From Promethearchaeota archaeon (GTDB lineage Archaea > Asgardarchaeota > Lokiarchaeia > Sigyniarchaeales > SOKP01), in contig JAGXNO010000010.1 of NCBI GenBank assembly GCA_019894975.1, forward strand, positions 1 to 64,000: 64,000 nucleotides of DNA. The letters run 5' to 3'. A program made the translations under genes and the position numbers. Positions 49,240-59,151 of the stretch are shown here, one piece after another (within the stretch, counting starts at the first letter, position 1; each line of letters starts with the position of its first letter). The notes under the pieces are model-generated. The model made no database searches, was not told where the DNA came from, and saw only the letters and a program-made list of their open reading frames with translations.

Positions 49240-50715
49240 TTAATAACTTTTAGCGATATACACAGTACATCCCGCGGGTTTTCCACATATCAGACAAGTA
49301 GCAAATTCATGTTTTTCCTCATCAACTCGTTTACCTCGTACTTCTCCTCCAATTTCTTTCTCTACTATTTCAGCACACTTTAACGCTTCCATATCAATTG
49401 AACAAAATCCACAACAAACTATTTTTCCATTATCAATTGCTTTAATTGCAGCATCTTTTTCATATACTAGTTCTACTTGAGATTCGAAGTCTGTTAAGGA
49501 TTTTTCCTTTATTTCTTTAGTATAATTTTGAGCAATTTCATCAATTCTCTCGATCAGATTTTCCTCTTTTATTTCAAATCTCTTTCCGTCATGCCTTTTT
49601 ACAACAATAACCTGCTGTTTTTCTATATCTCTTGGTCCTATTTCGATTCTTATAGGTACACCTTTCAATTCCCAGGTATAAAATTTATTTCCCACAGACT
49701 CATCTGAATCATCGATTTTAATAACATATTTGTCTTTGAAGAGATCGTAAATTTCCTTTACTTTATCCAGCACTATTTTTTCTTTTCCCTTAAAAATAAT
49801 GGGGATAATAACAATCTGAACCGGGGCTAAGTCGAAAGGTAATACTAAACCATTGTCATCACCCAAATAAGCAATCATCGCTCCATAATTCCTACTTTGA
49901 GAAGGACCATAACAGGTCTGATAACCATATTTCTCTTCACCATCAGTATCGATAAATTTTACATTAAAAGCTTTTGAGAATTTCTGACCTAACAAATGAG
50001 TAGAAGGCAACTGTAAGACTTTTCCTGATCCCATTAATGCATCTGCTGCATATGTGTGAACAGCACCTGCAAATTTATCCCATTCTGGTCTTTGAAAGAA
50101 GATTATGGGGATACAACACTCATCCCGAAGAATTTGATAAGTTGATTCCATATCTTCTTTTACTTGCTTCATTGCATCTTCCATTGTGGCAAACACATTA
50201 TGGGATTCAATCCAATGAAATTCTCTACCCCTAAAAAATGGTCTTGTCATTTTTCCTTCATATCTCCAGACTTGACATGAGAGATATCTTTTAAAGGGGA
50301 GATCTTTATAACTTCTTATCCACATAGAATACATTTTGTATAATGCTGTTTCGCTTGTTGGCCGTAATGCTAAACGTTCAGTTAGTTTGCCTGAACTTCC
50401 TGCTTCAGTAACCCAAAATACCTCTGGGGCAAACCCTTTAACATGTTCTGCTTCTAATAAGAAATTTGATTCAGGAATTAGCGAAGGCATTGTAAGGGGG
50501 AGATGATCTTTCTTGTCTAACAAATCCTCTGTCTTTCTATACATTCTTCTAATTGTAATCGTTGCCCATTCACGGTATACAACGAATCCTTTAATATTAT
50601 ACCTAATATCAGCTAATTCTGCTTTAGTAATCAATTCTGTGTACCAACCGGAAAAATCTTCTTCCTTTGATACAGTTATTCCTATTATTGGAACTTCCTT
50701 CTTCTTTTTTGCCAT
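49240..50715 (-). CDS. proS: Prolyl-tRNA synthetase (archaeal/eukaryotic type)
   Basis: EAEHVKGFAPEV, LRPTSET, R.REFHW.E.H, HLLGQKFSKAF, C-terminal C..CGKPA..AKSY. Confidence 0.97.
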   Translation of the reverse strand: MAKKKKEVPIIGITVSKEEDFSGWYTELITKAELADIRYNIKGFVVYREWATITIRRMYRKTEDLLDKKDHLPLTMPSLIPESNFLLEAEHVKGFAPEVFWVTEAGSSGKLTERLALRPTSETALYKMYSMWIRSYKDLPFKRYLSCQVWRYEGKMTRPFFRGREFHWIESHNVFATMEDAMKQVKEDMESTYQILRDECCIPIIFFQRPEWDKFAGAVHTYAADALMGSGKVLQLPSTHLLGQKFSKAFNVKFIDTDGEEKYGYQTCYGPSQSRNYGAMIAYLGDDNGLVLPFDLAPVQIVIIPIIFKGKEKIVLDKVKEIYDLFKDKYVIKIDDSDESVGNKFYTWELKGVPIRIEIGPRDIEKQQVIVVKRHDGKRFEIKEENLIERIDEIAQNYTKEIKEKSLTDFESQVELVYEKDAAIKAIDNGKIVCCGFCSIDMEALKCAEIVEKEIGGEVRGKRVDEEKHEFATCLICGKPAGCTVYIAKSY

Positions 50716-50783
50716 TGAAAACCATGTAATAAAATACTTTAAAAGTTAAAAATTTTATGAGTAAACCACCAAAAATCACATTT

Positions 50784-51770
50784 TTAGACTACCGAAGGAT
50801 TTCTAAGATCATTTAAGATTATCTCTAAATCTTGATATAGTCTTGGATAAAGCTTGGCAAATAAACGATACCAATCAATCCCAATCATTCCCCCTGCAAG
50901 AAAACAAAGAAAAAATCCTATAAAGACTATAGTTTCATGATTTAAATTGAAAATCTCCTTAGGCAAGAAATCAGTTCCATGAATAAACATGTTCAAAGCA
51001 AAAGAGTTTAATAAAATTCCAAAAGGATAATATAATCCTCTTGGAGATTTAAAAAAATGTATAGAATCTTGAGCAATTTCGTTGAATACAGGTGATATTT
51101 TACTTACTGGTTGAATTCGACGTGTTTCAATGAATTTTAACCTAATAACGTCTCTTCTATCCCTTAAAACTAAAAAACTCCCACTAAATAGAAACAAAAA
51201 AAGCAAAATCATGTCAAGTGCGAGAAAAATTCTTAACTTCCTCTTTAATACTTCATGTTGGATCATTAGCAAGCGAATTATCCAAAAAATGAATGCTATA
51301 AAGACAAATATTATCCCAACAAAACCCTCATGTACATGATAATTTTTAATAATCTTCCATTTTCTATTAGGATTAGAATTATTCCTGATGTATTTAATAA
51401 TATACAGATTTAATCCTGGAGATAAAATAGAAAGACTTAATATAGCAGAGATATGCCTTATAGTTGTCCAATTCCACCAACCGAGCTCGATCTTAAAAAA
51501 TTCAAGGAAATAAATACCAATCCATAATAGGGTTCCAATGGGGGCAATTATATTAAAGATCTTGATGTATAAATTGAAATCAATTAAAAATGTTAACAAA
51601 TAAAAGAAAGAGATAAAAAAAAAAATGGTTATCATCCAATTGACTTGTACATCAATAGAATACCATTCAAATTGTTGATTATAATAGAAAAAATAAAAGA
51701 TAATAAAAGAACTCGAAACTAGTAAAAAACAAAGAATCACTATTTTTAGACCAAATAAATATCTCTTCAT
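50784..51770 (-). CDS. Polytopic membrane protein, unknown function
   Basis: Multiple TM helices; YHVHEGFVG motif. Confidence 0.65.
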   Translation of the reverse strand: MKRYLFGLKIVILCFLLVSSSFIIFYFFYYNQQFEWYSIDVQVNWMITIFFFISFFYLLTFLIDFNLYIKIFNIIAPIGTLLWIGIYFLEFFKIELGWWNWTTIRHISAILSLSILSPGLNLYIIKYIRNNSNPNRKWKIIKNYHVHEGFVGIIFVFIAFIFWIIRLLMIQHEVLKRKLRIFLALDMILLFLFLFSGSFLVLRDRRDVIRLKFIETRRIQPVSKISPVFNEIAQDSIHFFKSPRGLYYPFGILLNSFALNMFIHGTDFLPKEIFNLNHETIVFIGFFLCFLAGGMIGIDWYRLFAKLYPRLYQDLEIILNDLRNPSVV

Positions 51771-51884
51771 TGAACCTAATAATACAACTAATAATACTTA
51801 ACTATAATTAGTTAAATTGATTTAAGAATGTTTTACAAAGAAGAGATCTGGTAGAGAATAATAGGAAGTAAATATGTTATTAAT

Positions 51885-52625
51885 CTAATCAGGAAGAAGT
51901 TTTGCATCTGTAATAACAATTTCATTTTTAATCACAGATTCATAGTTTTTTGAATCCAAATACTTCTTAATTTCTTCCCCTATTTTTGCTAAATCCCTAA
52001 AATCTTGGTCTTCACTTATCTCGTACATTATAATCGACTTTGCAGATTCTAAGTCTTCTTTGCTTAATGTATCTTCAACTGATATTACGACTGAAACAGC
52101 ACCGGCTACTAATGCTATCTTTTTGATTTCCTCCTCCAAGGAACCAAATGTAAAGTAATTCCTACTTTTTCTTTCAATTTTTTCTATCAACACTTTTTCT
52201 AAATTCTGCCGTGAATTTTGATCATAGAAGGCAGTCAATTCTTGAGTGCAAATATTTCTGTATTTCCCAGAAATCAGGTCATTTTTGTCATGAATAAATT
52301 CTATTAATTTATCATAATACTCTTGGTCAATCTTGTGGAAGTTTTCAATATTTCTTACTAAATCTGTTAAATAGAAAATCAAATCATAATAAAATTTCAA
52401 GGTAGAATTAATATCTAGCTTATCATCCATCGCTTTTATTTCAGGATAATACTTTTTGAGTATAAGGTTGATGTTATGATTAAAATCAGCACATAATTTA
52501 GCAATTTCGTTGATATTCTTCACCGATTTCTTATTTAATTGAGAAAGGAGATTCTCATCTAAGTTTAATAACTCTTCAAATACTTCCTTAATTTTTGAAT
52601 TATATTTTTTTTCTATGTAGCTCAT
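51885..52625 (-). CDS. Hypothetical protein
   Basis: Helical soluble ORF; ATG 52625 (MSYIEKK) has an SD-like AAGGGT, alternative start 52652. Confidence 0.62.
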   Translation of the reverse strand: MSYIEKKYNSKIKEVFEELLNLDENLLSQLNKKSVKNINEIAKLCADFNHNINLILKKYYPEIKAMDDKLDINSTLKFYYDLIFYLTDLVRNIENFHKIDQEYYDKLIEFIHDKNDLISGKYRNICTQELTAFYDQNSRQNLEKVLIEKIERKSRNYFTFGSLEEEIKKIALVAGAVSVVISVEDTLSKEDLESAKSIIMYEISEDQDFRDLAKIGEEIKKYLDSKNYESVIKNEIVITDAKLLPD

Positions 52626-52745
52626 ACCCTTATAAATTAGATAAAAATACATCTATATAATGTTATTCATTCGCTTATCTCTGAGAAATAGCTAAATATA
52701 ATCATTAAATTGATATAAACTTCTTCAGAGATTTACTTTTACAAG

Positions 52746-53966
52746 TTAAAGAATGAATAATTTCGTCGCTTCCATAACAGCTCCACTGATGATTGGAACC
52801 GAAAAATTATCATTTACTCCAATAGGGAGTAATTCGATCAATGGTGCAGCAATCCCGCCAGATAATAATACAATTAAGGGTATATCAATTGTTGTGTAGA
52901 GGATAAATCCAAATAGTATAACTGATCCTATAAAGGCAAGAGTTCCTTCAAGAGTTTTTTCAAATATCTTATGTCGGCCATATGCTAATCCAAATACTTT
53001 ACCAAACATATCCCCAAATACTAGAAAAATTAGGGCAGCTATAGCGATTTCAATCTCAAAAAATAGCAAAATAATAAAAGTGGACATGAGAAATATTGTC
53101 ATTGACGAAAATTTATTTTTCTCATTTTTTCTATAAATTGCTTTTGTCTTTTCTGTTAGTAAAACATTGGTTTTTTTATGGACAAATCTAAAGATGTCAA
53201 GAGCTATAAAGCATAGACTCACAATTCCTATAACTGCAAGACCAAGCTGAACATCAATAAAATAGAATATTAGAAATAACAATGATACGGGTCTTATTGC
53301 AACCCTCCACCAATTTGCTAAAAATTCTTCATCAGTGATCACTAATTTTTTTTCTGTGATTACTTTATACATCCCAATACTACCAATATGGATGAGAATT
53401 ATCACAAAAAATAAGTTATACCCACTTGTAGGATATATTAAAAACACAGAATAACCAAGCAATGGAAACAACACTGCTGGCAATAAGCTTCCTGATTTAG
53501 AAATATAAGTAAAAATTGTTACCAATATTAACAAAAAGATAATCACATAAAAAATATTGAAGCTGACAGTTAAATAATTTACAAGATAATATAGCAATAT
53601 TCCCGTTGCTGTAGCATTACCTTGACCTCCCTTAAAGTCTAAATAAAAGGGAAATACATGCCCCACGATAGCTGCTAATCCACTAACTTGGATGAAAATA
53701 AAATCTGCACCCAGAGAATATGCTATTAACATCGCTAGCAGTCCCTTTAACGTATCATATAAAGCCGTTGGGATCGCATAACTAAGACCCAGAACCTTAA
53801 ACGCATTTGAAGTTCCTGCATTTTTCGTACCTTCTTCTCTTATATCAATACCTTTTACCTTACCAAAGATAAAAGCGGGTAATATTCCACCAAGGACATA
53901 GCCTATTAATATACTTAATACTCCTATTATAATATCGAAAAAGTTCATAAACCAACACTTTTGCAA
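52746..53966 (-). CDS. plsY: PlsY-type glycerol-3-phosphate acyltransferase fused to a CTP-dependent kinase-like (DGK1/phytol kinase) domain
   Basis: GYVLGGI, DIREEGTKNAGTSN, DTLKG, GHVFPFYLDFKGGQG.AT; C-part FGDMFGKVFG..YG, KTLEG, NDN. Confidence 0.82.
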   Translation of the reverse strand: MQKCWFMNFFDIIIGVLSILIGYVLGGILPAFIFGKVKGIDIREEGTKNAGTSNAFKVLGLSYAIPTALYDTLKGLLAMLIAYSLGADFIFIQVSGLAAIVGHVFPFYLDFKGGQGNATATGILLYYLVNYLTVSFNIFYVIIFLLILVTIFTYISKSGSLLPAVLFPLLGYSVFLIYPTSGYNLFFVIILIHIGSIGMYKVITEKKLVITDEEFLANWWRVAIRPVSLLFLIFYFIDVQLGLAVIGIVSLCFIALDIFRFVHKKTNVLLTEKTKAIYRKNEKNKFSSMTIFLMSTFIILLFFEIEIAIAALIFLVFGDMFGKVFGLAYGRHKIFEKTLEGTLAFIGSVILFGFILYTTIDIPLIVLLSGGIAAPLIELLPIGVNDNFSVPIISGAVMEATKLFIL

Positions 53967-54144
53967 ATAGTATGAACTAATTTAAACATATATGGTAGAA
54001 TGGAATATAAAATAAAAAAAGAAAAAAATTTTATTCTTATTGCGTGGCGTATGATTAATTCATATTAAATTTCAGATTTCTTTCAAAAAAAAGTTAAAAT
54101 TTTTCTATGTAGTATTAATTACTGTACTTTAATAAATCTATTAC

Positions 54145-55002
54145 GTGGTGCTTATGAAAGAATATAAAACTTTAAAAATTGAAGAACGAGAAGAGGGAAT
54201 CTCTATTATAACTCTTAACAGACCTAAAAGGCTGAATGCAATTAACTTTGAATTAATAGAGGAGTTTAATGATTATTTAGATTATCTAGAAAATAATTAT
54301 GAAATCTATGTTGTTATTTTAATTGGTGAAGGACGGGCGTTCTCAGCGGGACTCGACTTAAAGGGTATTAATTTACTAAGTAATAATGAGCTGGCCAAAA
54401 ATGATCCTAGATTCAAATATCTTAAAACAGAAGACTCGATTAAAGTTGGTCATATATTTCAAAAACGTTTAACTCAGATGATGATTAAACTGAGAAAAAT
54501 TCCCCAACCTGTAATAGCGGCAGTCAAGGGCCCTGCTTATGGAGGTGGTTTAGCTTTTTCATTAGCCGCTGATATACGGATTGCCGGAGAAAGTGCAGTC
54601 TTCTGTAATGCTTTTATAAAAATTGGTGTATCCGGGGCGGATTGCGGAAGTACATATTGGCTTCCCCGCATAATTGGATTCTCAGACGCTGCAGAAATCA
54701 TTTATACAGGAAAGGATGTTGACGCTCAAGAAGCTAAACGAATTAGACTTGTTTCAAAAGTAGTGCCTGATGATAAAATACTTGATGAAGCCCTAAAAAT
54801 CGCAAAAAATATGCTAAATAAAAGTGTTTTAGGTCTTCGATTAACCAAACAAGCATTAAATATTAATATCGATGCACCCTCTCTAGAAGCGGCAATTGAG
54901 CTAGAAAACCAAATTCAGAACGTAGCCAGTCAGTCAATTGATGCAGAAGAGGCAAGAGTAGCGTTTTCCGAAAAGAGAGAACCAAAGTTTAGTAAGTGGT
55001 GA
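54145..55002 (+). CDS. Enoyl-CoA hydratase/isomerase
   Basis: LNRPKRLNAI, AFSAGLDL, PVIAAVKGPAYGGG, DIRIA. Confidence 0.92.
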   Translation: MVLMKEYKTLKIEEREEGISIITLNRPKRLNAINFELIEEFNDYLDYLENNYEIYVVILIGEGRAFSAGLDLKGINLLSNNELAKNDPRFKYLKTEDSIKVGHIFQKRLTQMMIKLRKIPQPVIAAVKGPAYGGGLAFSLAADIRIAGESAVFCNAFIKIGVSGADCGSTYWLPRIIGFSDAAEIIYTGKDVDAQEAKRIRLVSKVVPDDKILDEALKIAKNMLNKSVLGLRLTKQALNINIDAPSLEAAIELENQIQNVASQSIDAEEARVAFSEKREPKFSKW

Positions 55003-55341
55003 AATTTTATAGATTAAATCAATACTAGTGAAGATTTTGATCAAGAGAATTTCTAAAGATGAGTATTTTTTGAAGATAGCGGAAGTTGTAAACTTCGAGA
55101 AGAAATGTGAAATGCTAAGTTGTTAGGATTAAAAAATAAAAGAAAAATTTTAAAATCTTATGAATAGGAGGATTAGTGATTTTTCGGTCTAAGTTTATGG
55201 GTTGTAAACTATAATACTAAGAATGTTTAGAGGGTGTAAACTTTAAAATTAAGAAATAAAAGAAAAAAAAATAATAAAAAAATCTTGTTCTAATTGCTCG
55301 GTTTTGTTAAGTCTTTCAGTAGATTGTCCAATTCACTCAAA

Positions 55342-56274
55342 TCACTGAAGCTTGTTCTTGATTTGTTTAGAACGGCTGCGAAGTGTCACTTCCGTAACCT
55401 TTGCCACTTCAGATACTTCTGCTTGTGTCTTGCGGAAATTTCCAGCTTTGGCTGCCATGTAGATTACGCTTGCGGCTAAACCTTTTGGATCTTTTCCAGT
55501 TCGGAGCAGTCCGTTTTTTGAAGCTTCCACCAACATGTTAATCGCTTTTTTCTGAGTTTCCATTGGCAATCCGAGGTCGTTCCCGAACCGAAATACCAAT
55601 TGTTCAGCCGTTATCGGCTTATACTTAAGTGCAAGCTCCGGCAACACATCTTTAACAACCATACCTAATGAACGGTGTACAGTTCTTCTTGGGGTCATGG
55701 AGGCTTCGCATACTTCTTCAAGTAAGCGAGGGAACTCGTGGACACGAATTGCGGCGTATAAGGATGCTGCAATGAAGCCGTCAATGCTTCTCCCCATGGT
55801 TAATTTTTTCTTCGCGACAACACTGTAAATTTTCCATGCAGTTTCTTTAATATATTCTGGAATGTTCATTTTGCTTGTAAGCATTTTAAGCTTGGGCTTT
55901 GCTTCCCAGAAATTTCTTTCAATGCTGGAAATTAACGAGTTTTGAATTTTGGATAACCGTGAAAACAATGTTTTACCACGGGCATTAATCAAGCGACCCT
56001 TTGAATCAATTTTACTGTTAGGAAGCATAGTACGTGGTCCGAACTCACGCCATCGGGGTTCAGTACGTCTACGTTTGTTTACCTCTTCGACTGTGTATGC
56101 TCTACGCTCATTTCCTACTAGATTGCGTCCAAGAATCATACCACAATTTGTACATACAGCATCTCCATCTTGTGGTTCAATACAAGGGGTATCGCAACAT
56201 TGAGAATCTGAACTACTGCGTTCCTCTTCCGAATTCACTTTTGTAGAGCGAAGTCTGTCTTTATAATAACTCAT
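55342..56274 (-). CDS. tfb: Transcription initiation factor IIB
   Basis: Zn ribbon VCTNCG; cyclin repeats GRSIDGFIAASLYAA and GKDPKGLAASVIY..VTEVTLR. Confidence 0.93.
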   Translation of the reverse strand: MSYYKDRLRSTKVNSEEERSSSDSQCCDTPCIEPQDGDAVCTNCGMILGRNLVGNERRAYTVEEVNKRRRTEPRWREFGPRTMLPNSKIDSKGRLINARGKTLFSRLSKIQNSLISSIERNFWEAKPKLKMLTSKMNIPEYIKETAWKIYSVVAKKKLTMGRSIDGFIAASLYAAIRVHEFPRLLEEVCEASMTPRRTVHRSLGMVVKDVLPELALKYKPITAEQLVFRFGNDLGLPMETQKKAINMLVEASKNGLLRTGKDPKGLAASVIYMAAKAGNFRKTQAEVSEVAKVTEVTLRSRSKQIKNKLQ

Positions 56275-56622
56275 TTTTCTTCACTTGTGTTAATTCTTTT
56301 TGTTTTGATTGATGTAGTAATCGATGTTTGATCTATTTTCTACATTCTTTTTTGTGTTACAATATTCATGAGATCATTTATGTATAAAATTCTATCAATT
56401 ATAAAAGATAAATGATCTGATCTTATTATATAAGATACTTTAAGTTAGTCATGCATATATAAGCTTTTGTATAAGATTTTGCTACGCATAACAGAACGGA
56501 CAAAATATGGGCAAAGAGTGGGAAATCAAAAAAAATTATAAAATATAAGCCTTTAGATTTTAGTTGTAATTCTCAGAGATCATTATAGAAAAATCTAAAT
56601 GTCTTAAGAGAGTTGAAAATAT

Positions 56623-57084
56623 ATGGCGAATTTAAAAAAACAAGCTGATTCATTGGGTTTAACAAAGCTTCCTAAATACACATTTTACTGTCAACCAAAA
56701 GGAATTAAGAAAAAATTCTCAACAACTAAACCGAGATTCATTTATTCTATAGAAGACTATTTGAAAGGTCTTGATCAATCCGTTCAAGAAGGAGATTCTG
56801 GAAGTGCAAGAACAGTAAAATCCCACATTTTAGCACCTCAAGCAGGTTTATTTCTTGAAACAATATCTAAAATTGCTGGTTTCTCTGCTATGAGTGCCGA
56901 TAATTATGTGAGCGAAATAAATATTTACACTGAAAACACAGATTTGGTAAAAAATATTGTTAAGATTCTGAATAACCAATGGGAAGATGGAATTATTCCT
57001 CACATTGACTTTAATAAAATCCAAAAGAAGTTTGGCGTTAAACGAGATGATGTCATTAATGCCTGGAATTCATTTCTCCAATAA
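56623..57084 (+). CDS. Hypothetical protein
   Basis: 153-aa ORF with ATG start and oligo-T downstream. Confidence 0.62.
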   Translation: MANLKKQADSLGLTKLPKYTFYCQPKGIKKKFSTTKPRFIYSIEDYLKGLDQSVQEGDSGSARTVKSHILAPQAGLFLETISKIAGFSAMSADNYVSEINIYTENTDLVKNIVKILNNQWEDGIIPHIDFNKIQKKFGVKRDDVINAWNSFLQ

Positions 57085-57195
57085 AATTTAAAATGAATCC
57101 TAAAAAATTAATTATTAAAGTTATTTCTATTTTTTTTTTCTATTATTACATCGATTAAATTAGCATTTCTCGATATTTAGATTTGGGCATCTAGT

Positions 57196-58980
57196 TCAAT
57201 GGTAGAGATACATGAATCGTTCCATGAAATATAAGAAAATTTGGTTGTAATACCCTGAAAAGTAAAAATCAGAAGCATGTCCTGCCATCGGAAGCCAGAG
57301 GATTGCACATTCATCATTCCCTTTGGAATTATACGTATCTCTTATATTTTCTGAGATACTAAAGTAATTTAAGATATCATGAGTACCTTGAAAGATTAAG
57401 CATGGAGGACTGGTCTGATTAATAAGTTTTTCAGGATGCTTAAATTCACCACTTCCGCTTATCCCAAAAAACACCATTTGGCCGTTAGCTGGATAGAATG
57501 GTACTAAACCTTTAATTGTGAGATTCGCGCCAAAAATTTCTGTATAATTATTACTTGCGATCGCTAATGCTACTGCGCTTGCTAAATGACCTCCTGCTGA
57601 GCCCCCGCTTAGAAATACAGAATCTAGGTTCGCACCATATTCAGTTGCATGTAAGGTGAGATATTTCGTAAACTCCCCAATGTGGCGCATCATATCATCT
57701 ATATCAAAATTTCCCTTTTTGTAATCAGGAGTAAGTGGATCGAATTCAAAAAGGAGATTAGAATCAAGTCCATATTGGATATCGAACACGACATATCCTT
57801 GAGCAGCAAAATATTTATTCATCTGCAACATATTCATCATTCCTTTATCACCAGAAACCCAACTACCTCCATGAATTCTAATTATGGTTGAATTTTCACC
57901 AGGGAGATCTTCCCTTCCGCTTAATGGTGTATATGCATCAAAATAGAGTCTTATCCCTTCGTCATTATAGAATAAAGTGTTTGTTTCAATTTTGCAGTCT
58001 TTTGGTTGTGTTCCTAAAAAATAGCCTGTCAGCGAAAAAGGAGTTCTTAGGAAATATTGACTAGCTGAGGAGGGAATTCGATCTTGCCAATCGTTCCCAA
58101 AAGCGCTTGTAAATGACTTCCTAGCATTAATTACTGTGAAATTGGTCATTAATACGGGCATTAATAAGCATCCCGATACAAAAAAACCTAAAATTGCCGT
58201 CCGATAATATTTTTTAGTAGTTCTTTTACGACCTTTTAACTTTAGAAGTAAAATTGTATTGGCTAGAAATATGAGAGAAAAGAAAATTCCAAATTGACCA
58301 GAAATAATTGCAATAAAGGTTGTAACTACTTCAAATGAACCAAAGATAATTACAACTGCAAATAGTATACCTAGAATGAACGTAATCCTGGAGACAATGA
58401 CCAGTATTTTTCTTGTTATTCTTTTAGTTCTTAAATATTTTCTTGTATTTGGTATATTGAAAGAGTGGTTAAGAAGTAATAAATCTATATTAGATAGTTT
58501 TACTATGTTGAATAGAGCAAAAGAAAACCCATAAATTAGAATACTAAAATAACCAAAGTAAGTTAACATATACGCTCCTAATGTGTCAATTAAATTATTT
58601 GAATAAATTACAGATAAGAGTAAATTTCCTAACATCATACAAGGAATAGCAAAAATTATGACAATTAAAAACACATAACTCATCCCGCGTGTTTTAACTC
58701 TTAATATATTCCTTTTGTGAAGATTAAAATAGATATAAAGTAAATTTTCAAATAAGGTTATTGTCAGAATGACTCCAAAAATATCCCATAATATTGAATA
58801 GGTTGGATTTAAGATATATAATATCCCTAATACTATACAAAATAAATTGAGAATGATAGTTAAGTAGCTAGTGACGATAATGTTCCTTAATTTTACTGAG
58901 TTTGTTGCTTCCTTCATTATTTTGGTGATAATATAATAATCTGCCCCTGATGATCCTAATATCTTTTGGAGATATTTCAC
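57196..58980 (-). CDS. Membrane-bound esterase (HSL-like alpha/beta hydrolase with N-terminal TM domain; start may be ATG ~58917)
   Basis: IHGGSW, GGSAGGHL, FQGTHD, GH catalytic motifs. Confidence 0.85.
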   Translation of the reverse strand: MKYLQKILGSSGADYYIITKIMKEATNSVKLRNIIVTSYLTIILNLFCIVLGILYILNPTYSILWDIFGVILTITLFENLLYIYFNLHKRNILRVKTRGMSYVFLIVIIFAIPCMMLGNLLLSVIYSNNLIDTLGAYMLTYFGYFSILIYGFSFALFNIVKLSNIDLLLLNHSFNIPNTRKYLRTKRITRKILVIVSRITFILGILFAVVIIFGSFEVVTTFIAIISGQFGIFFSLIFLANTILLLKLKGRKRTTKKYYRTAILGFFVSGCLLMPVLMTNFTVINARKSFTSAFGNDWQDRIPSSASQYFLRTPFSLTGYFLGTQPKDCKIETNTLFYNDEGIRLYFDAYTPLSGREDLPGENSTIIRIHGGSWVSGDKGMMNMLQMNKYFAAQGYVVFDIQYGLDSNLLFEFDPLTPDYKKGNFDIDDMMRHIGEFTKYLTLHATEYGANLDSVFLSGGSAGGHLASAVALAIASNNYTEIFGANLTIKGLVPFYPANGQMVFFGISGSGEFKHPEKLINQTSPPCLIFQGTHDILNYFSISENIRDTYNSKGNDECAILWLPMAGHASDFYFSGYYNQIFLYFMERFMYLYH

Positions 58981-59151
58981 AGATGAATATATTCTTATAA
59001 GCCCTGATTCTTGTTCGAATCAAGGTTTGAAACTTTTATAATTAATAAGAAGTGTTATATAAAAATTTAACAAAAAAGATAAATATTTAAACAAAAAATC
59101 TCTTTTAAACAAATCTACTTCAAATTAGGGAGGAATCCCTTTTTACCATAA

